Shown piece by piece: positions 26,331-40,880 of a stretch of DNA of 64,000 bases. Origin of the DNA: Octopus vulgaris (taxonomy: Eukaryota). The notes beneath the pieces were generated by a model. It did not search any database, was not told where the DNA came from, and worked only from the letters and a program-made list of their open reading frames with translations. The DNA is taken from contig OX597816.1 in NCBI GenBank assembly GCA_951406725.2, positions 147,312,001 to 147,376,000 of the forward strand, written 5' to 3'. Each line of letters starts with the position of its first letter. Positions within the stretch are counted from its first letter, which is position 1. The translations under genes and the position numbers were made by a program.

Positions 26331-27519
26331 TTCAATAGAAATATGAAAAACGATAAGAAATTTATTTATGCGAAAAACTGTCAAAAGAGGATTAAGTAAC
26401 CGTTTTTTTAAAGCACTTATGCAATAAAAACAGAAAGGTGACAGAAAATATTCTTATGTAAGTATAAGAATTCTACTGAAATAATTCAGCTTTGCATAAT
26501 TTCTAGACTGATACAATAAAGCTCTAAAATCTACATAACCGACTGTGTTCTTCCATAAAATATGTAGAGTGTTCCTAATTATCAAAGAAATGAATGTCAT
26601 AATCATGCTACGATTGGCATTATCGTTAAAAGACCAGATTAAACAAAGCCCCCTGCAATCCTGAATTTCGGCACTTTTCATCATAAGTTAAAATTCTACC
26701 ATTTCCGATATCGTTTTAGCCCTTCCTATAAAATAAGAGCTAATGAGATTCTGGTTCCGCTATTATAACTTTTAGCCTCTATTCAAGCTTATAATCTCTT
26801 GCCTGTGTTTCGAAAACCTTCAAATTTAATCTTATGTACATTTTAAAGTTTTTGAATCCAGTGCATTCGATGAAAGGAAAGTTATACTTACACATTGGAT
26901 ACCCACACTTTTCAAGTTGATTCAATAATTGGCTTACTTAATCCTTTTACAGATAATTAATTACTTTTAACTAACTTTGAAGATTTGCATAAGGGCTATA
27001 TCCTTCTGAAAAATATTTTGAAGTTTTAAATATATTAAGCGATTGCTTGTAGATATTTTTATAACAATTATCAAAACCTGTGACAAAGTAGAATGAAAAT
27101 ATGTTAATAAGGAAAGATCACTCGAGCCAGAGAGCGAGAAAATATCAGGTAGAACGGTATGCTTAAGATAGAAGCCAAATCTTCCACAATTACTGCTCTA
27201 TATTCTTCAATAACACAAAGTAACGAAGTATTTTAAGATATTACACAGAATTGCATAATGCATATTTACTTCAACACGATCTTATTTTATGATTCCAGAT
27301 AGCTAATTTATTCAATATTCTTCTAATTCCATATTAACTGTTTGGTTTGTTCCTTTCGTAGGAGTTGAATCCTTACGTGTGGCACCAATTGAAGGTAGGA
27401 ATATTGACAACTGGTACTGCTCATGTTTTTATAGTGCTGTAGTATTTTATTATATACGTATTTCATATATATTACGATATGTGATATATATATACCATAT
27501 ATATAATGTATATTGTTAT

Positions 27520-27538
27520 ATATATAAATGTATATGTG

Positions 27539-27575
<37 letters not shown>

Positions 27576-27594
27576 GTATATATGTATATATATA

Positions 27595-27666
<72 letters not shown>

Positions 27667-27730
27667 TACGTTTGTGCATCTGCATGTGTGTATGTATTTA
27701 CATGTACATATATATGCACATATATATGTG
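27520..27730. repeat. (TA)n-rich microsatellite
   Basis: Direct reading. Confidence 0.95.
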
Positions 27731-28294
27731 TTTGTGTGCAGCGAGTTAATTGATTATGCGAAAAAGTATAGTGTTCTAAAATTATTTAATTAGAATGCAA
27801 TATATAATAATGAAATATATAATGTTATGTAAAATACATGTTACTTTGGGTTTCTTGCTAAAATTAGGAATTATGCTCTTTGCCAAACAATTTGCTCAGT
27901 CTACAGACATTCAGAAATCAGAAATATGTTGTACGAGAGGCAAATAATGATGATAAAAGTAAATGGTTTCATTTTCTTAGTAACGGAATGAACACAAATC
28001 TGGGAAAAACGGATGAACATTTAAAATGAAGCAATACTTATAAAATAATAAGAGAAGTTATAACAATAAAAATTATTGTTAAATTCTATAATATGAAATT
28101 TTAAGAGGAATATGAAAAAAGTTGATTAGTTAGTTACTGGGTATACTAATAATTTATAATACATTCTATATACGTGGAAATGAATACACATCTTCTGAGA
28201 TTATAATTCATTATAAGCAATCTGTTTGCTTTATATATCTGTCAGCAGTGTACGCGCATTCATATTCTTTTCTACTCTTGGCATAAGACTCGAC

Positions 28295-28398
28295 AGTACG
28301 CAGCTAGTACTTAATTTATCGACCACGAAAGGATAACAGGCAAAGTCAACGTAAGCATTTCCCCTGGCGTGCTAACGTTTTTGCCTGTTCGCTGCCAT
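28295..28398 (-). mobile_element. Deleted MetaSINE-like fragment
   Basis: GTACTTAATTTATCGACCACGAAAGGAT..GGCAAAGTCAAC joined to AAGCATTTC..GGCGTGCTAACG. Confidence 0.7.
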
Positions 28399-31316
28399 GT
28401 ACGCGCATTCATATTAGGATGTATATACGTGTGTGCATTTTCGAGTACAACACAATTTATTTTCAGTCTATATTATCTTCCATGATTTCAATATTGCATT
28501 ATTTATTTATTTTACCTTTATTCATTATTTGCATTCCTTTAGTGTGGTGAACAGGCAGAGTCGTTAGACCATCGCAAAAGTATCTCTTACACTATATTTT
28601 CAATGTCCTCATGTGCTGATATCAAATACCGCCGGGTTTAACTTTAGATTTCCTCCCTCAAACTGGGATCAAACAAACCTACTGTCAAGTGCCAAATCGA
28701 CAGTTCCGACTACGTTACCATCCACCATATTATACCTAAATCTGCAACAGTTATATTCGTACCCTATATTTCATGTTATTTGTTATAATTCTTTGTATTT
28801 AATTCTATACTTTGATCATCGCAATTTTCTTCTCGTAACTAAAAATTGAAATACCTTATCATTTTTTGTCACGCATAATAAAACAACTTAACTCTTAGTA
28901 TTTTCCCTCACTCAAAATATATACTAGTTTGCAAACCGCAAGAAAATCGAAGCTATTTGACATTTTCTAACTTTTCTAGATGCAGTAAAGTGTCTGAAGA
29001 ATTGCTAATAGCAGCAGGAAACTTTGAGAATCAGATATATTTTATAAGATTTCAAGTAAAACGTTGCATACATAAACACTCTTTGCATGTATACATGCAT
29101 ATATGTGAGTGTGTGTGTGTGCCTGCATTGTGTATGTGTGTGTTGAGTTGTAACACTTGATATATTTCAGTGGCATTGTATTACAGTAGGTGGTAGCGTG
29201 ACATAGTATAATGCAGTAGCGTAGAATTTAGAGACATTTTGTTAATAATGTGCCATCAGTATATTTGTATTTCAGCAGAATTCAGTTCCTGTTTCATGAC
29301 CGTAACTTCCTATCCTGATCATTTCTTATGGCAGGCGTATTTTCTAACATACTACTTTTCAGCAATGTTAAGCATGTCCTACTTTTTCGTAGCTCAGAAA
29401 CTTACGCCTGTCACAATACTGTGTCTTAAAACACAAATGATGTCGTGCTCTTTAGCTATGAAAGCTTTATTGCTCTGTCATTTTGATTAAATATATTCGA
29501 CTAAACACGAGCTCACGAGCTTGTTCTAGAATAACAGTAAGATTACATTGACTTCAATTCACTTCACTTCATTGCAATAAAAATATATTATTATTGACAT
29601 TGTATTTGAAGACGATTTAGTCTATGTAACAGAGTATAAACGATGTGTGTGTGTCTCAGTCAGAGAGAAATTGATTCATTTATATTTCGTCTGAGAAGTT
29701 AGGAAGGGAAATCAAAAGGATGATGACAAACTATCTACTGTCCATTTAAATACATACTTTCACACGCACACACACAGGCACACACACAAACACACACTCT
29801 CACTCGCTCACGCACACACACGCACACACACAAACACATATACACACACAAATACATGCTTAGACACATAGAAATTTCATCAAAAGACAGTTTCCACATA
29901 TAAACAATGTTTATGTATGAAAATATGATTCGGAAAAATGAAGAGCCATGCCATCTACCTCTCTCACACTCTCTCTCTTTCTCTCGGTCTTTTTCACTAT
30001 ATTTTCTCTATATATCACATGCACCCTGCGCGCGCGCGTGTGTGTCTGTTCTAAAAGGATATACTTCAAGGTCTCTCTAACTTCACTGTAATATCGACAG
30101 GGAAAAATTAATTAATCGATAAGAGAATCAATTTAGTCCTTTTTTTAATTTTAATTACAGAGTTAATCAACTGAGTGAAAAGTTATTTTAAACGTCGATT
30201 GCCTCAGACGGGCAATATCTTTTAATCGTGGAGACATCCTCATTCACTTCATAACTTTTTAATTCTAATAACGTGAAGAATCAAAAATAATTTGCTTCTT
30301 AGGGACATTGATTATGCAAATCCAAAGACCTACTTAGTATTCAATGGAATGTGTAATGAACCTACTGACTGTGTTCATTTAAAGAAAGTAATGTCTCGAA
30401 ACAATTTCGCTCTTAAGTCTACAACTGTTACAAGCCAACTAAAGTCATTTAATATGGGAACTTTATCTGTTAGAAACAGCAACCTAATTTCACACAAGTC
30501 GCAACGATAAGTTGCAATATATCGTCTTAAATGCGAGATAATTACGGCTGTACGGAGCCTCCGCCATAGCTCCTTTCAGAGATAACTGACCATGAGCCAT
30601 AACAAATTCTAAATTTAACTGAAATGTTATTGTGATAAAACAACTACTCTTTCATAAATTAAGTAAGCGCTATCTGCCTAATAGTTGCTACATAACAAGA
30701 TTACTAAAAGCATTCGGTTGCTTTCAAAATACAAAACTAACACAAAAAGAAATACAAAACCAATACAAAAAGAAAATCATAAATTCAACAATAACTGCAT
30801 GAATGAAACTTAAATTCAATTTCATATCACACGTAATTCTACGCTAATCTGTCCATGCCAATATAATCGTCGTTAAGCAAACCCGATCTGCAATATATAG
30901 TTCCGTTTAATATTGCAACAGATACATTATCATGGGTAAATATCTCCACTAAGTAAAGTGTATTACTGTTATTTATCTCAAGTTATGTTATGGCAAATCT
31001 CAAGTTAAGTTATGGCGTACTGCTCTGCTATGAGACCCACGATAAATACCACCTATCACATACATATGTGACTTCAGATTAGAAAGTAATAAAAATATAA
31101 AGAATTATTGTGCATAAGAGAATTAACTAGAATTGGCAAATTGCCGATGAGAGATATATTATCAAGACGGAATTATATTATTCAGCAAGTAAGTTATTGA
31201 ATTTTGATGTGAGTTAATTTACTTCTGAGACAGAATCGTGTACCGAGTTGCTTGATGAGTAGTAAACTACGCATAATCTTTATGACGATAGAAAATAGTG
31301 CATATATATATATATA

Positions 31317-31541
31317 TTTGTAAAGAATAAAAAGTTTTGAATAGTACAACAATGCACTATAATACAAACAATGGGTTATATACCTGTTGTAATTTAGTCA
31401 TCCATAGTCTCATAGGATATTTCAGAATAGAATTCCTTCTTCAGATATTCGTAGATGGAGTCGCTTTGACAACAGGTATATAGCCCATTGTTTGTATTAT
31501 AGTGCATTGTTGTATTATTTAAAACTTTTGTTCTTTACAAA
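31317..31541. repeat. Inverted repeat (about 73-bp arms, 78-bp spacer), probable PLE pLTR foldback
   Basis: Arms 31317-31390 and 31469-31541 are near reverse complements; spacer on the minus strand reads CTGAAGA AGGAA..TTCT GAAAT. Confidence 0.85.
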
Positions 31542-31843
31542 CAATACACAATGCTTCAAGCGAACTACAAAACACTCCTATACGACTTGGTGTGTTTTCG
31601 TACCCGTAATCTAACGGTTCAGTAAAAAGTTCCGATAGAATAAGTACTATAAACCGTTCTTTATATATAGAGAGATATAAATATAGATGTATATTAAACA
31701 AGATTTATTCTTGAACAGAGTTCTTCGAAAACAGTGGTTCTACTATACACACACACTGACACACACACACACACACACATATATGTTATATGTCTGTGTC
31801 TATGCGTTTATGTATTTCTTTGTATTTATTTATATAGATAGAT

Positions 31844-31874
<31 letters not shown>

Positions 31875-34400
31875 TAACTGTTGATTGTACCATAGTCGCG
31901 TGCACTGATATCATAAATGTAAAATGAGCGTGACGTGTTGGACAACACTAGATATTTAAGCTAAAGCTGAATTTTATTCATCGGTCTTGTACATTTCTCA
32001 TCCACTCAAATTACTCTCGTACCCTTCTGCATAATCACACAGATATTGACTTAGAATTATTATAATTCAGTTTGCATACTTCATCGTATATCATATATCA
32101 ATGTATCACGATTCATGATTTCACCTTTTTTCTACACCATTTAACATTGCTCTTGATTTTACATTTCAACATGGACGAATACCTATCTTGGTACAATCTT
32201 TTCATACACATTTCTATTGCTCTTATATTATATAGTTTGTAGTTTTTACTTAAATATTTACACAGCTATCAATTTGTGCTTATGCATATAGTTATATTTG
32301 GAGAATTACTTTTTGTAGAAAACAATCAATGTGTGTAAATATGTAATTATACAGCAATATATACATGTGTATGGTACATGCGTGCGCATGGAACCTGTAT
32401 TAAAGTGGATGTGTTTGAATTTCTACAATTGCTTATATGTATACACTGGTTTTTGCTTGTTTTATTTTTCATTGCATCAAAATATTACCTACAATTTCAT
32501 GCTGTATTAATTTTAGGTGAATTATTGCTTCTTAATCATGTTACAGTATTAGATAACATGTGTGTCTCTCTCTTTTTTCTACCTTCATCAATCTCCTTGC
32601 CAATATCTATATTCATATGTATCTAAATACTGAAGCATACACACATGTACGCACATATATGTATGATAGAGGATGTCTACGTGTATATGCATATTTATAT
32701 AACTTTGCATCTGTCGTATACAGATTAAATTTCGCCTCGTCTAATTCCTGTTCTAATTTTATTTCTGTGCTTTCTTTATCATTTATAAAATTAGTATTTA
32801 TAATAAACTTGTTATCGTTTTCATATATTCAAAATACTCAAAATTTGCGTCAAGTTGGTTTAGAATTCTTAGCTAATTCACACTCTTTAGTCAGACGTGA
32901 GTACGAATAATTTAATTTGATATAATCTAATCAAATTTTATTGAATTTATTCGTAGATTACGACGATGTACATGTGTACATATACAAATATCTGTGGTAG
33001 TATGTAAGTGTGTTTGGGCGTATGTATGTGTTCATACATGTACATGTATGTATGCATGGATATCTCTGTATGTATAGATATCTCTATGTATATATATATA
33101 TGTATATCCCTGTAATTTAATGAATACGTATCAATCTAATACTACTCTGTTTTAATTCATATTTAGTTTAATACATATTTGAATAAGTTTGGTATACGTC
33201 ATATTTTACAAGTATTTTAATTTTTTGAAATTTTATTTACTGACGAATACCTTCTCACTAATTCTGTAAATTATTACTTACCTAATACTTAACTACTGCA
33301 GTTGAAATTCTATTATAAGTCTAGTTTTCAATAAAGCATTGTAATTTATAAATTAATCATGTTTCTCAGGCTATAAGTGCGGAAAAATTTTCATTTGAAT
33401 AAAACTGTAAAGCTGTGCTGTAATATTTAGTGTTTTTCTGGTATGTTTACATAAAGATAACAGTTGGTTCAGAAGTAATTGTTTATTTAGATATTTGTTT
33501 ATTTAAACAACAGCCGTATTTTACGCGATGATTGCATATGTACTACGCGATTGCTACCATTACTTTGTGGTTGGAACTAACATTCGTTGTATAAACTTAT
33601 GCACACTGCGACATATACAATATCTATAAGAATCACAAGTAATGACATTTCCTGTATGTATTAACTAAGGGATGTGATAAAACTTTCTTAATTTGATTTT
33701 GACGTTTTTATTTTAGAAACTCCATTTATTTGTCTTGCGCATAATTTGATAGAGTCTATTTTCATTGTTGCATTGAATGTGTCCTTTTATATTGTTATGA
33801 AATACGTTAGAATTTTCTTTTTAATATTTGGTGGTAGTATTTATCATTTCCCTCATATACAGTTCATGGTGCATAACTCTGAAATATCAGAAATGTAACT
33901 AATTGTCTCTAAATTTACTGTGTAAATTTTTTAATTCTATATTCAGTTAAATGCTGCAAAATATTGTAGCACGTAAATAAAATGATTTAAATATATTTAA
34001 TAAAAAACATTAACCTGATTCCTCCTTGAGCCTCTATATTCCTTAACTTGTAGATGTTTTTAGATCTTTAAGAAATTTTTGAAATATTGTACTTTTATGA
34101 ATATGTCAACATCACGTGATATTTCTATGCAGTTTATATCTAGACAGAAATTTCTTGCATAATTTGTTTTATTATACGTTTGTTTTTGCTTTTGCTAATA
34201 ATTGAATAAATAGTAGTACTAATCTGGTAGATATGCATGTTTATTCCTGATGAATGTTGTGAACTGAAGAGCAAATCACTAATACTGCCGCTAGGCTTTA
34301 ATTCTTAAAAGTAAGTATCACCAATATTTTGACGAAATGAATCACGTGCAAGCATGTATATACTATGAACTAGGCATATTATTTAACACATATATGTATG

Positions 34401-34441
<41 letters not shown>

Positions 34442-34661
34442 TTAAGATATATATACATATTTATATATATGTTGGTTGTCTACTCCTTAGCAGAGTCTGA
34501 CCACCTCCTGTACCTACACCATACATTCATTAATAGAGCAATCGATTTTAAATCATATTTGTAATCGCTGTGCTGGAAGCTATTAGTACGTAACTGTACT
34601 TTCACTCTTACGCAAATTAGACAAAGCAATTTTGTTCTTACGTATTTGCCTATATAGCATC

Positions 34662-34880
34662 TACGAAAGGGTGCTGAAATGCTCTTGGCTTTCGGTAAAT
34701 GAAAATACAGGAGGATCAGTTAATTATGATTTTATCCTCTCAGATTCTCTCACATATTACAGCGGCCCTTCAGTTTTTCTAAGCCATGTGAAAAAACTCA
34801 GAAGGTTCAGCTTCCATTCAGGCCTTAAGGCACTGTGCAACGCTACTCGGTAACATCCCTTTATCTTACAGCTGAAATTA
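34662..34880. mobile_element. Mariner-type MITE/terminal fragment
   Basis: Begins TACGAAAGGGTGCTGAAATGCTCTTGGCT, resembling mariner TIR TACGAGGG..CTGAAAAGTTCCTGG; the other end is not clear. Confidence 0.45.
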
Positions 34881-35439
34881 AAACCGATGGTATATGTCCT
34901 ATTTTTGTGTTCACAAACAAGTCGCATGAGTAAGATTTTGATATTTCTCAATTTATCATAAGTACGGAAATTAATTATGTAATTCATTCAAGTCACTAGC
35001 CTTTACATTCTGATACAGTTTAGATGGAAAATTGAACTAAAGCTGTTGTATACATCGGAAATAATTCTAACCTTCCTTCCTGTACATGGAGAGCAAATAA
35101 ATAAGTGGTTTCGCATGTAGACTGAAGGATGCTTAAAATTAGTTCATTTATTTCTTTTGTCTCTGATATAGAGAGCGCTGCTTGCAATATGAGCCATTCC
35201 TGTAATTTTCACAGCGAAGATGACTGTTTATTAAATATAGATATGAGTTGAAGTATATCGCCTACTTTAAATTATCCCACACACCGTTGTATATTGCACT
35301 AGCCATTAATTTATTCAAAGTGCAAATACCTCTTATTTGATGAGACTAGACGGAGTAATTTAGATCTTTCCGATTTTGCATATTATTTTAATTTTATTTT
35401 TTATTCATTTACTTACTTATTTACTTATATATATATACT

Positions 35440-35600
35440 TATTGCTTGTTTCAGTCATCAGATTGTGGTCGTGCTAGGGCATTACTTTGAAGAATTTTTA
35501 GTCAAATGTAACAACCCCAGTAATTTTTTATATCGTTAAGCCTGTTATTATTTTCTAACCCTGCTTTTTGTTGAAACACGGTGTTAAGGAGAGGTAAACA
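35440..35600 (-). mobile_element. Diverged second-family SINE 3' part
   Basis: CTTGTTTCAGTCATCAGATTGTGGTCGTGCTAGGGCA, a diverged reverse complement of the family tail. Confidence 0.55.
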
Positions 35601-35611
35601 CACACACACAC

Positions 35612-35670
<59 letters not shown>

Positions 35671-36247
35671 TATATATATATATAAGTGAGTAAGATTCCA
35701 TTGAATTAGGTACTTAAATTGAGGCAGATTGTTAGGTTGGTATGTTGGTATAATCCACACATCGAAACAATATTAATGGAATATTGAATATCAAAACTCT
35801 GTGTAGGAGTAATCCACCTGATATTCCAGATGTGTGTTCAGACAGCGCAACGCAGATAAGTATTTCAGACATATACTTTATATACTCTTGGTATTTCAGA
35901 CATATACTTTATGTAAAGGTACTTTCTGTAGTATTTCCGGAATGGAGATTCAAAAGTAGGTGGATAAAATTTAAATGTGTAACGAAGAAGTACAAGTGTC
36001 AATTCATTGCGGCCGTTTCAAGCGACTTATTCTGCAAAAGATATGACAACAGTAACAAAGTAAATATTTTGAGTTCCATTACAGATGTGAATACGTTATA
36101 GCAGTGGTTCTATCCTTTATGATATCAGTCTATGCGGTCATCTGACGAGAATCGTTTCTTTCAAATGATCTAATGTTTTCCTCAATCAGTTAAATGAGTC
36201 TCTTCAAACGGCCGTAATGAAGTAACACCTGTATATCTTCGTTACCC

Positions 36248-36299
<52 letters not shown>

Positions 36300-36724
36300 A
36301 TAAGCTTGTAATGTTACCGCTTTCTTCACATTTAACAGCGTTGCCAATTTTCACTGAAAAGACAAAACGTTGAAATCCACCTTACTTTGTGACTAATATT
36401 TAAAGCCTCTATTGCATTTCACTAAAATTAATTGAAATACGTTGCCAGCACCTGAATTGTTAATGAAATAATTTAGCTCTGTCGAAGTTTGTATGCGTTA
36501 TGTCAGACGAAAGAGGCGATAGAGTTTTGGAAGAAATGTTGAAAACACTTTTAATTATTTCGAGATGCTCTTCTTTCTGCTCAGAAAGAATTTAACCTGT
36601 CGTGCATCCACAATGTTCGTCTTATATAGATCTCTAAAATTGCGGAGTTTTTCCCCTAATTCTTCCAACAAATGTGTTTAGTAGGTTTCTTTTAAAGTAT
36701 TCATTTGCAAAAGATTGCACCGCC

Positions 36725-37040
36725 ACCATGTGGCTCCAGTTTCAGTCTCACTGCGTGGAACCTTTGGCTAGTGTCTACTACTATAGCCTCTGGCAGACCA
36801 AAGCCTTGTGATTGAATTGGTAGACGGAAACTGAAAGAAGCATATCGTATTTATATATATGTATATAGGTATGTATTTTCGTGTCTGCGTTTTTCGCGCC
36901 ACCTTCGCTTCACAACCGATGTTGGTGTCTTTAGGTCCTCGTAACCTAGCAGTTCAAGAAAAGAGAGCGATAAAATAAGTACTAGGCTTACAAAGAAGCC
37001 TGCTGTCGATTAGTTCGACCAAAGGCAGTGCTCCAGCATG
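36725..37040 (+). mobile_element. Second-family tRNA-derived SINE
   Basis: TCAGTCTCACTGCGTGG..CTACTATAGCCTC..GGTAGACGGAAACTGAAAGAAG..AGTACTAGGCTTACAAAG..GTGCTCCAGCATG. Confidence 0.85.
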
Positions 37041-37196
37041 TATGTATGTATGTATGTATGTATGTATGTATGTATGTATGTATGTATGTATGTATGTATG
37101 TAGATAGATAGATAGAGATAGATAGATAGATAGATAGATAGATATATAGATAGATATATAGATGGGTAGGTAGGTAGGTAGGTAGGTAGGTAGGTA

Positions 37197-38070
37197 GAAG
37201 GTACAATGAATAAATTTTCTAAACTACGCAAAAATAAAAATGACACTGACATTTCAATTTTACAGATATAATTGCTAAATTTTTTTTTTAATACTTTGAA
37301 ATACTAAAAAGTAACTTTATTCAATAAAATTGCCATTAGAATCAACCACTGCCTCCGGACGACTTCGAAATCAGCTGCAACTCTTCTGAAAGCTGCCATA
37401 ATCATTGTCTTCAGTTAATCTTTTGTGTTACTGAGTGTTTTATTGGTCTCTCGTTCAACTGTGTCTCACACATAATAAGCAAGGGAGTTACAGTTTGGGG
37501 TGTTAGATGGTCAGATGTTAGGGGTGATGTGGTTGCAGAAATTGTCTAACAGCAATAGCTAGGTTCTCCTGCTTGTGTGAAATGGTACAGAGTGCTGTTG
37601 CAAGACATAGGTTCTTCCAGCAGCCGCCCTCTTGATCCAGAGCAGCACTACCTCCTCCAGGCACTTGATTTAGTCCTCCACGTTGAGTCCGAGGTCCTAT
37701 TGGAAGATGAATGGAGGCACAAAGTCGCCATCATGAGCAATCACTCCACACACTCTGAAATGTTTGTCGAATGCTCATGCGCGAAATTAAAAGTATAAAT
37801 GGTGGCAACTTATCCATCGCACGCTTCTATATATATATGGAAAAAATCAAGGTAGAGAATGCTAAAATAATTTTATTAAAAAAAATTCAGTACTGGTTTC
37901 GCTCTGAAATGTTTGTCGTTTCCAAATTTGTGGTAGGATGGCGATGTTTTTCTCACAGACTATGCTCAACTGATCCTCCTATACTGTGTAGTCAACAAAT
38001 TCAAAAACAACCAATGCTCATGCGCGAAATTAAAAGTATAAATGGTGGCAACTTATCCATCGCACGCTTC
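37197..38070 (-). mobile_element. Internally deleted Tc1/mariner-superfamily transposon, DD37D (maT-like)
   Basis: Degenerate DGDFVPPFIF..LNVE..KCLEEVVLLWIKRAAAGRTYVLQQ..LDNFCNHITPNI.PSNTPNCN..YYV..FRSR.EAVVDSNGNFIE; 37-residue spacing between the two decayed catalytic positions inferred from the family consensus; imperfect TIRs TAGAAGGTACAATGAATAA and TAGAAGCGTGCGATGGATAA (reverse complement), flanked by TA. Confidence 0.75.
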
Positions 38071-38079
38071 TATATATAT

Positions 38080-38660
38080 ATGGAAAAAATCAAGGTAGAG
38101 AATGCTAAAATAATTTTATTAAAAAAAATTCAGTACTGGTTTCGGTCATTGAGACTTTAACAACTGTAAGTATGGAAAACAATTAAATATTGGAAAAATT
38201 AAACGAAAAGTTTTTTGAAAGAATATTTGCATAGTATTCAAATGCAAAGGGCATTTTCCTTGTTTCTGCCTGTCTTTGTACAATAGATAGAGATAGATAG
38301 ATATATAGATATAGAAATAGATAGAAAGCCAGATAAATATACATATTTCTCCTCGAATTTGATGTCTTCCAGCCTTTCATTCCTCGCCTTGCGATTGCAT
38401 ATACAACCAACCAAACATTTTTCATCCTTGTTGTGCAATTAAAATTGCTCAAGATTGTCATCCATCTTTCCTAATTCAAAATTACATACAGCTTTTACGT
38501 TTCTTTTATCATAATCGCCCAAGAATGCAAGAGTAATATTCGGAATAAAGATTTGCGAAGTTACAGTTTGTAACAAGATGTATAACTTATTCAGTATAGA
38601 AACGTCTTTATAATCCTTGTCCACACGTAAATGAGGACGCTTACAAAGAAAAAAATAAAA
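38080..38660 (-). mobile_element. Degenerate PLE-like fragment with hammerhead-like motif at 38131-38166
   Basis: Minus strand CAG TTGTTAA AGTC TCAAT GACC GAAAC CA GTA CTG; weak RT-like remnants ([24 protein letters not shown]). Confidence 0.45.
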
Positions 38661-38804
38661 CGCACAGACATTTGTGTGTGCGTGTTTGTGTGTGTCTTCT
38701 GAGTGCGTGCGTTGTGTATGTGCATGTGTGCTTTGTACAATAGATAGAGATAGATAGATATATAGATATAGAAATAGATAGAAATCCAGATAAATATACA
38801 TATA

Positions 38805-38834
38805 TATATATATACATATATATTTATATATATG

Positions 38835-38925
<91 letters not shown>

Positions 38926-38938
38926 TATTTATATATAT

Positions 38939-38986
<48 letters not shown>

Positions 38987-38996
38987 TTATATATAT

Positions 38997-39033
<37 letters not shown>

Positions 39034-39125
39034 AACGCACATATATATACACACATAAATGTATACACAGGCATGTATATATATATATATATATATATAT
39101 ATGTTTGTATACATATGTATATGTG
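38805..39125. repeat. Long (TA)n-rich microsatellite
   Basis: Direct reading. Confidence 0.95.
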
Positions 39126-40078
39126 CATAACTAATTTCGTGCGTATGGTTGTATGGTTAACGCATGTATGGGTAAATATATGCATCTTATGTCAATTCTT
39201 CCATTTCTTTTTGTATGTATTTTGTTAGCTTCATTGCATATGTTTGCCGATGTATGCATCTGTGTGTATGTTGCATTTTGAGACTGTGTAATTGCCTGTA
39301 TTTGGGAAAACATGAAATCTCAATTTTGCGTTGGTTTTCTGCACAGCTGATACAATGAAAGAACCCTCAGGTGACAACCATATTAAAATTCTTTCCCTTG
39401 TATTGAAACGTTACTGATTCACAATTTTGTAAAGAAATTGGACAGCAAAAATTCCCAGTAAACAACGTTGTTAATTGGTATTAATTGTATACATCACTTC
39501 TCCAAAATCGCCCTCAGGCCAAATTTCTTTAGTTCGCATCTAACTGAAATGTATTCTGGCTATCATAAATAACATTTCAATGTAATACATTTCTATTTTT
39601 GCATACTAATATTTATAAGTCTTTCGTCGCACTTAGAATGCAGAATACTATACCGAATAGAAGAAATAAGCATATATATATACAATCAGATAAAAGATTT
39701 TTGGGGTGCAAAAGTTATATTCTATGGTAGCTATTTTTTCTTAATAAGCAAAGTGGTTTACTTCTTATATAGCAATTATACTGGTAATACTTCGATACTC
39801 ATGCTCTTGCTTGGCGTTTTAGTGAAGAATGGAAAATTAGATGGCTTCGTCTGATAATTGAACTCACTACTCATACTGAGTTTGCAGGGTAGTTACGCCT
39901 TACAGTATTTTGTAACGTCATTTGTGTACATTGGCAATTTATCGCCCTTATTTTCATCAAATCTCGGTAATTGTACCCCTCACATGACCCTCTCTTAACA
40001 ACTCAATTCTTCTTATCTTTGTCTCTGAAAGTTAATACACTAAAATCTGTTTATACACACACACACACACACACACAT

Positions 40079-40132
<54 letters not shown>

Positions 40133-40134
<2 letters not shown>

Positions 40135-40337
40135 AAATGTGACCACGTGTGTATCGTTGGCAATTTTTTTCCTCCGTCTTACCTTCGTTGGATCTTCCTT
40201 TTCCTATGCTTCTGACGAAGAGGTTCCCTCGAATCGTTAAATCCTCTTTCTTTCCTTTCCTGAGCGTCCAATAACACCATACTTGTTCCACGTCCTCGCG
40301 TTGTTGTGCTTTTCTTTTTGTGCTTTCATGTTTGGAT

Positions 40338-40341
<4 letters not shown>
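40133..40341 (+). mobile_element. Short PLE-like pLTR insert within (TA)n, hammerhead-like motif at 40209-40241
   Basis: CTT CTGACGA AGAG GTTCC CTC GAATC GTT AAA; bounded by (TA)n on both sides. Confidence 0.6.
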
Positions 40342-40387
<46 letters not shown>

Positions 40388-40589
40388 CTCTGTTGTTAAT
40401 AATATACCTATTATACAACAATCTTGCTATCTAAATATAAAACGTTAAGCCTAGGCAGGAGAACAATGAGTATAGTAATCTCTGCTCAGTCGATACATGG
40501 AATTAAGAGCGAATTGACAATTATTTTAATCCACTTATGGCAAACATCGCCAGAAACGTGAATCAAGAATGAAAACGTCTTTCAGTGAA

Positions 40590-40880
40590 ATCTCAGTGAA
40601 ATCTAGAAAACAATTGGCTTTAAGTCTGTAATGAGCCCAAGGACTAATAATGGTGGAGCGTAACCCTGTTTCGATGTTGAGATTACAACAATACTCCCTG
40701 AACGGGATGCAGTGTTTTGTTCCCAGCTACAGTAGGAACTCGTTGACAGTTGCATTCGTTGGAACTGCATGAAGTGAAGTAATTTATTCAAGAACACAAC
40801 TTACTGCCCTATCTGGGATTCGAAAGAACGATCATTCGATCGGAACTGCAACGCCCTACCCACTGTATCACACACTTTTA
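40590..40880 (-). mobile_element. Diverged tRNA-derived SINE (CORE/MIR-like)
   Basis: Minus strand CAGTGGGTAGGGCG..TTCGAATCCC B-box..TTGTGTTCTTGAATAAATTACTTCACTTC. Confidence 0.55.
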
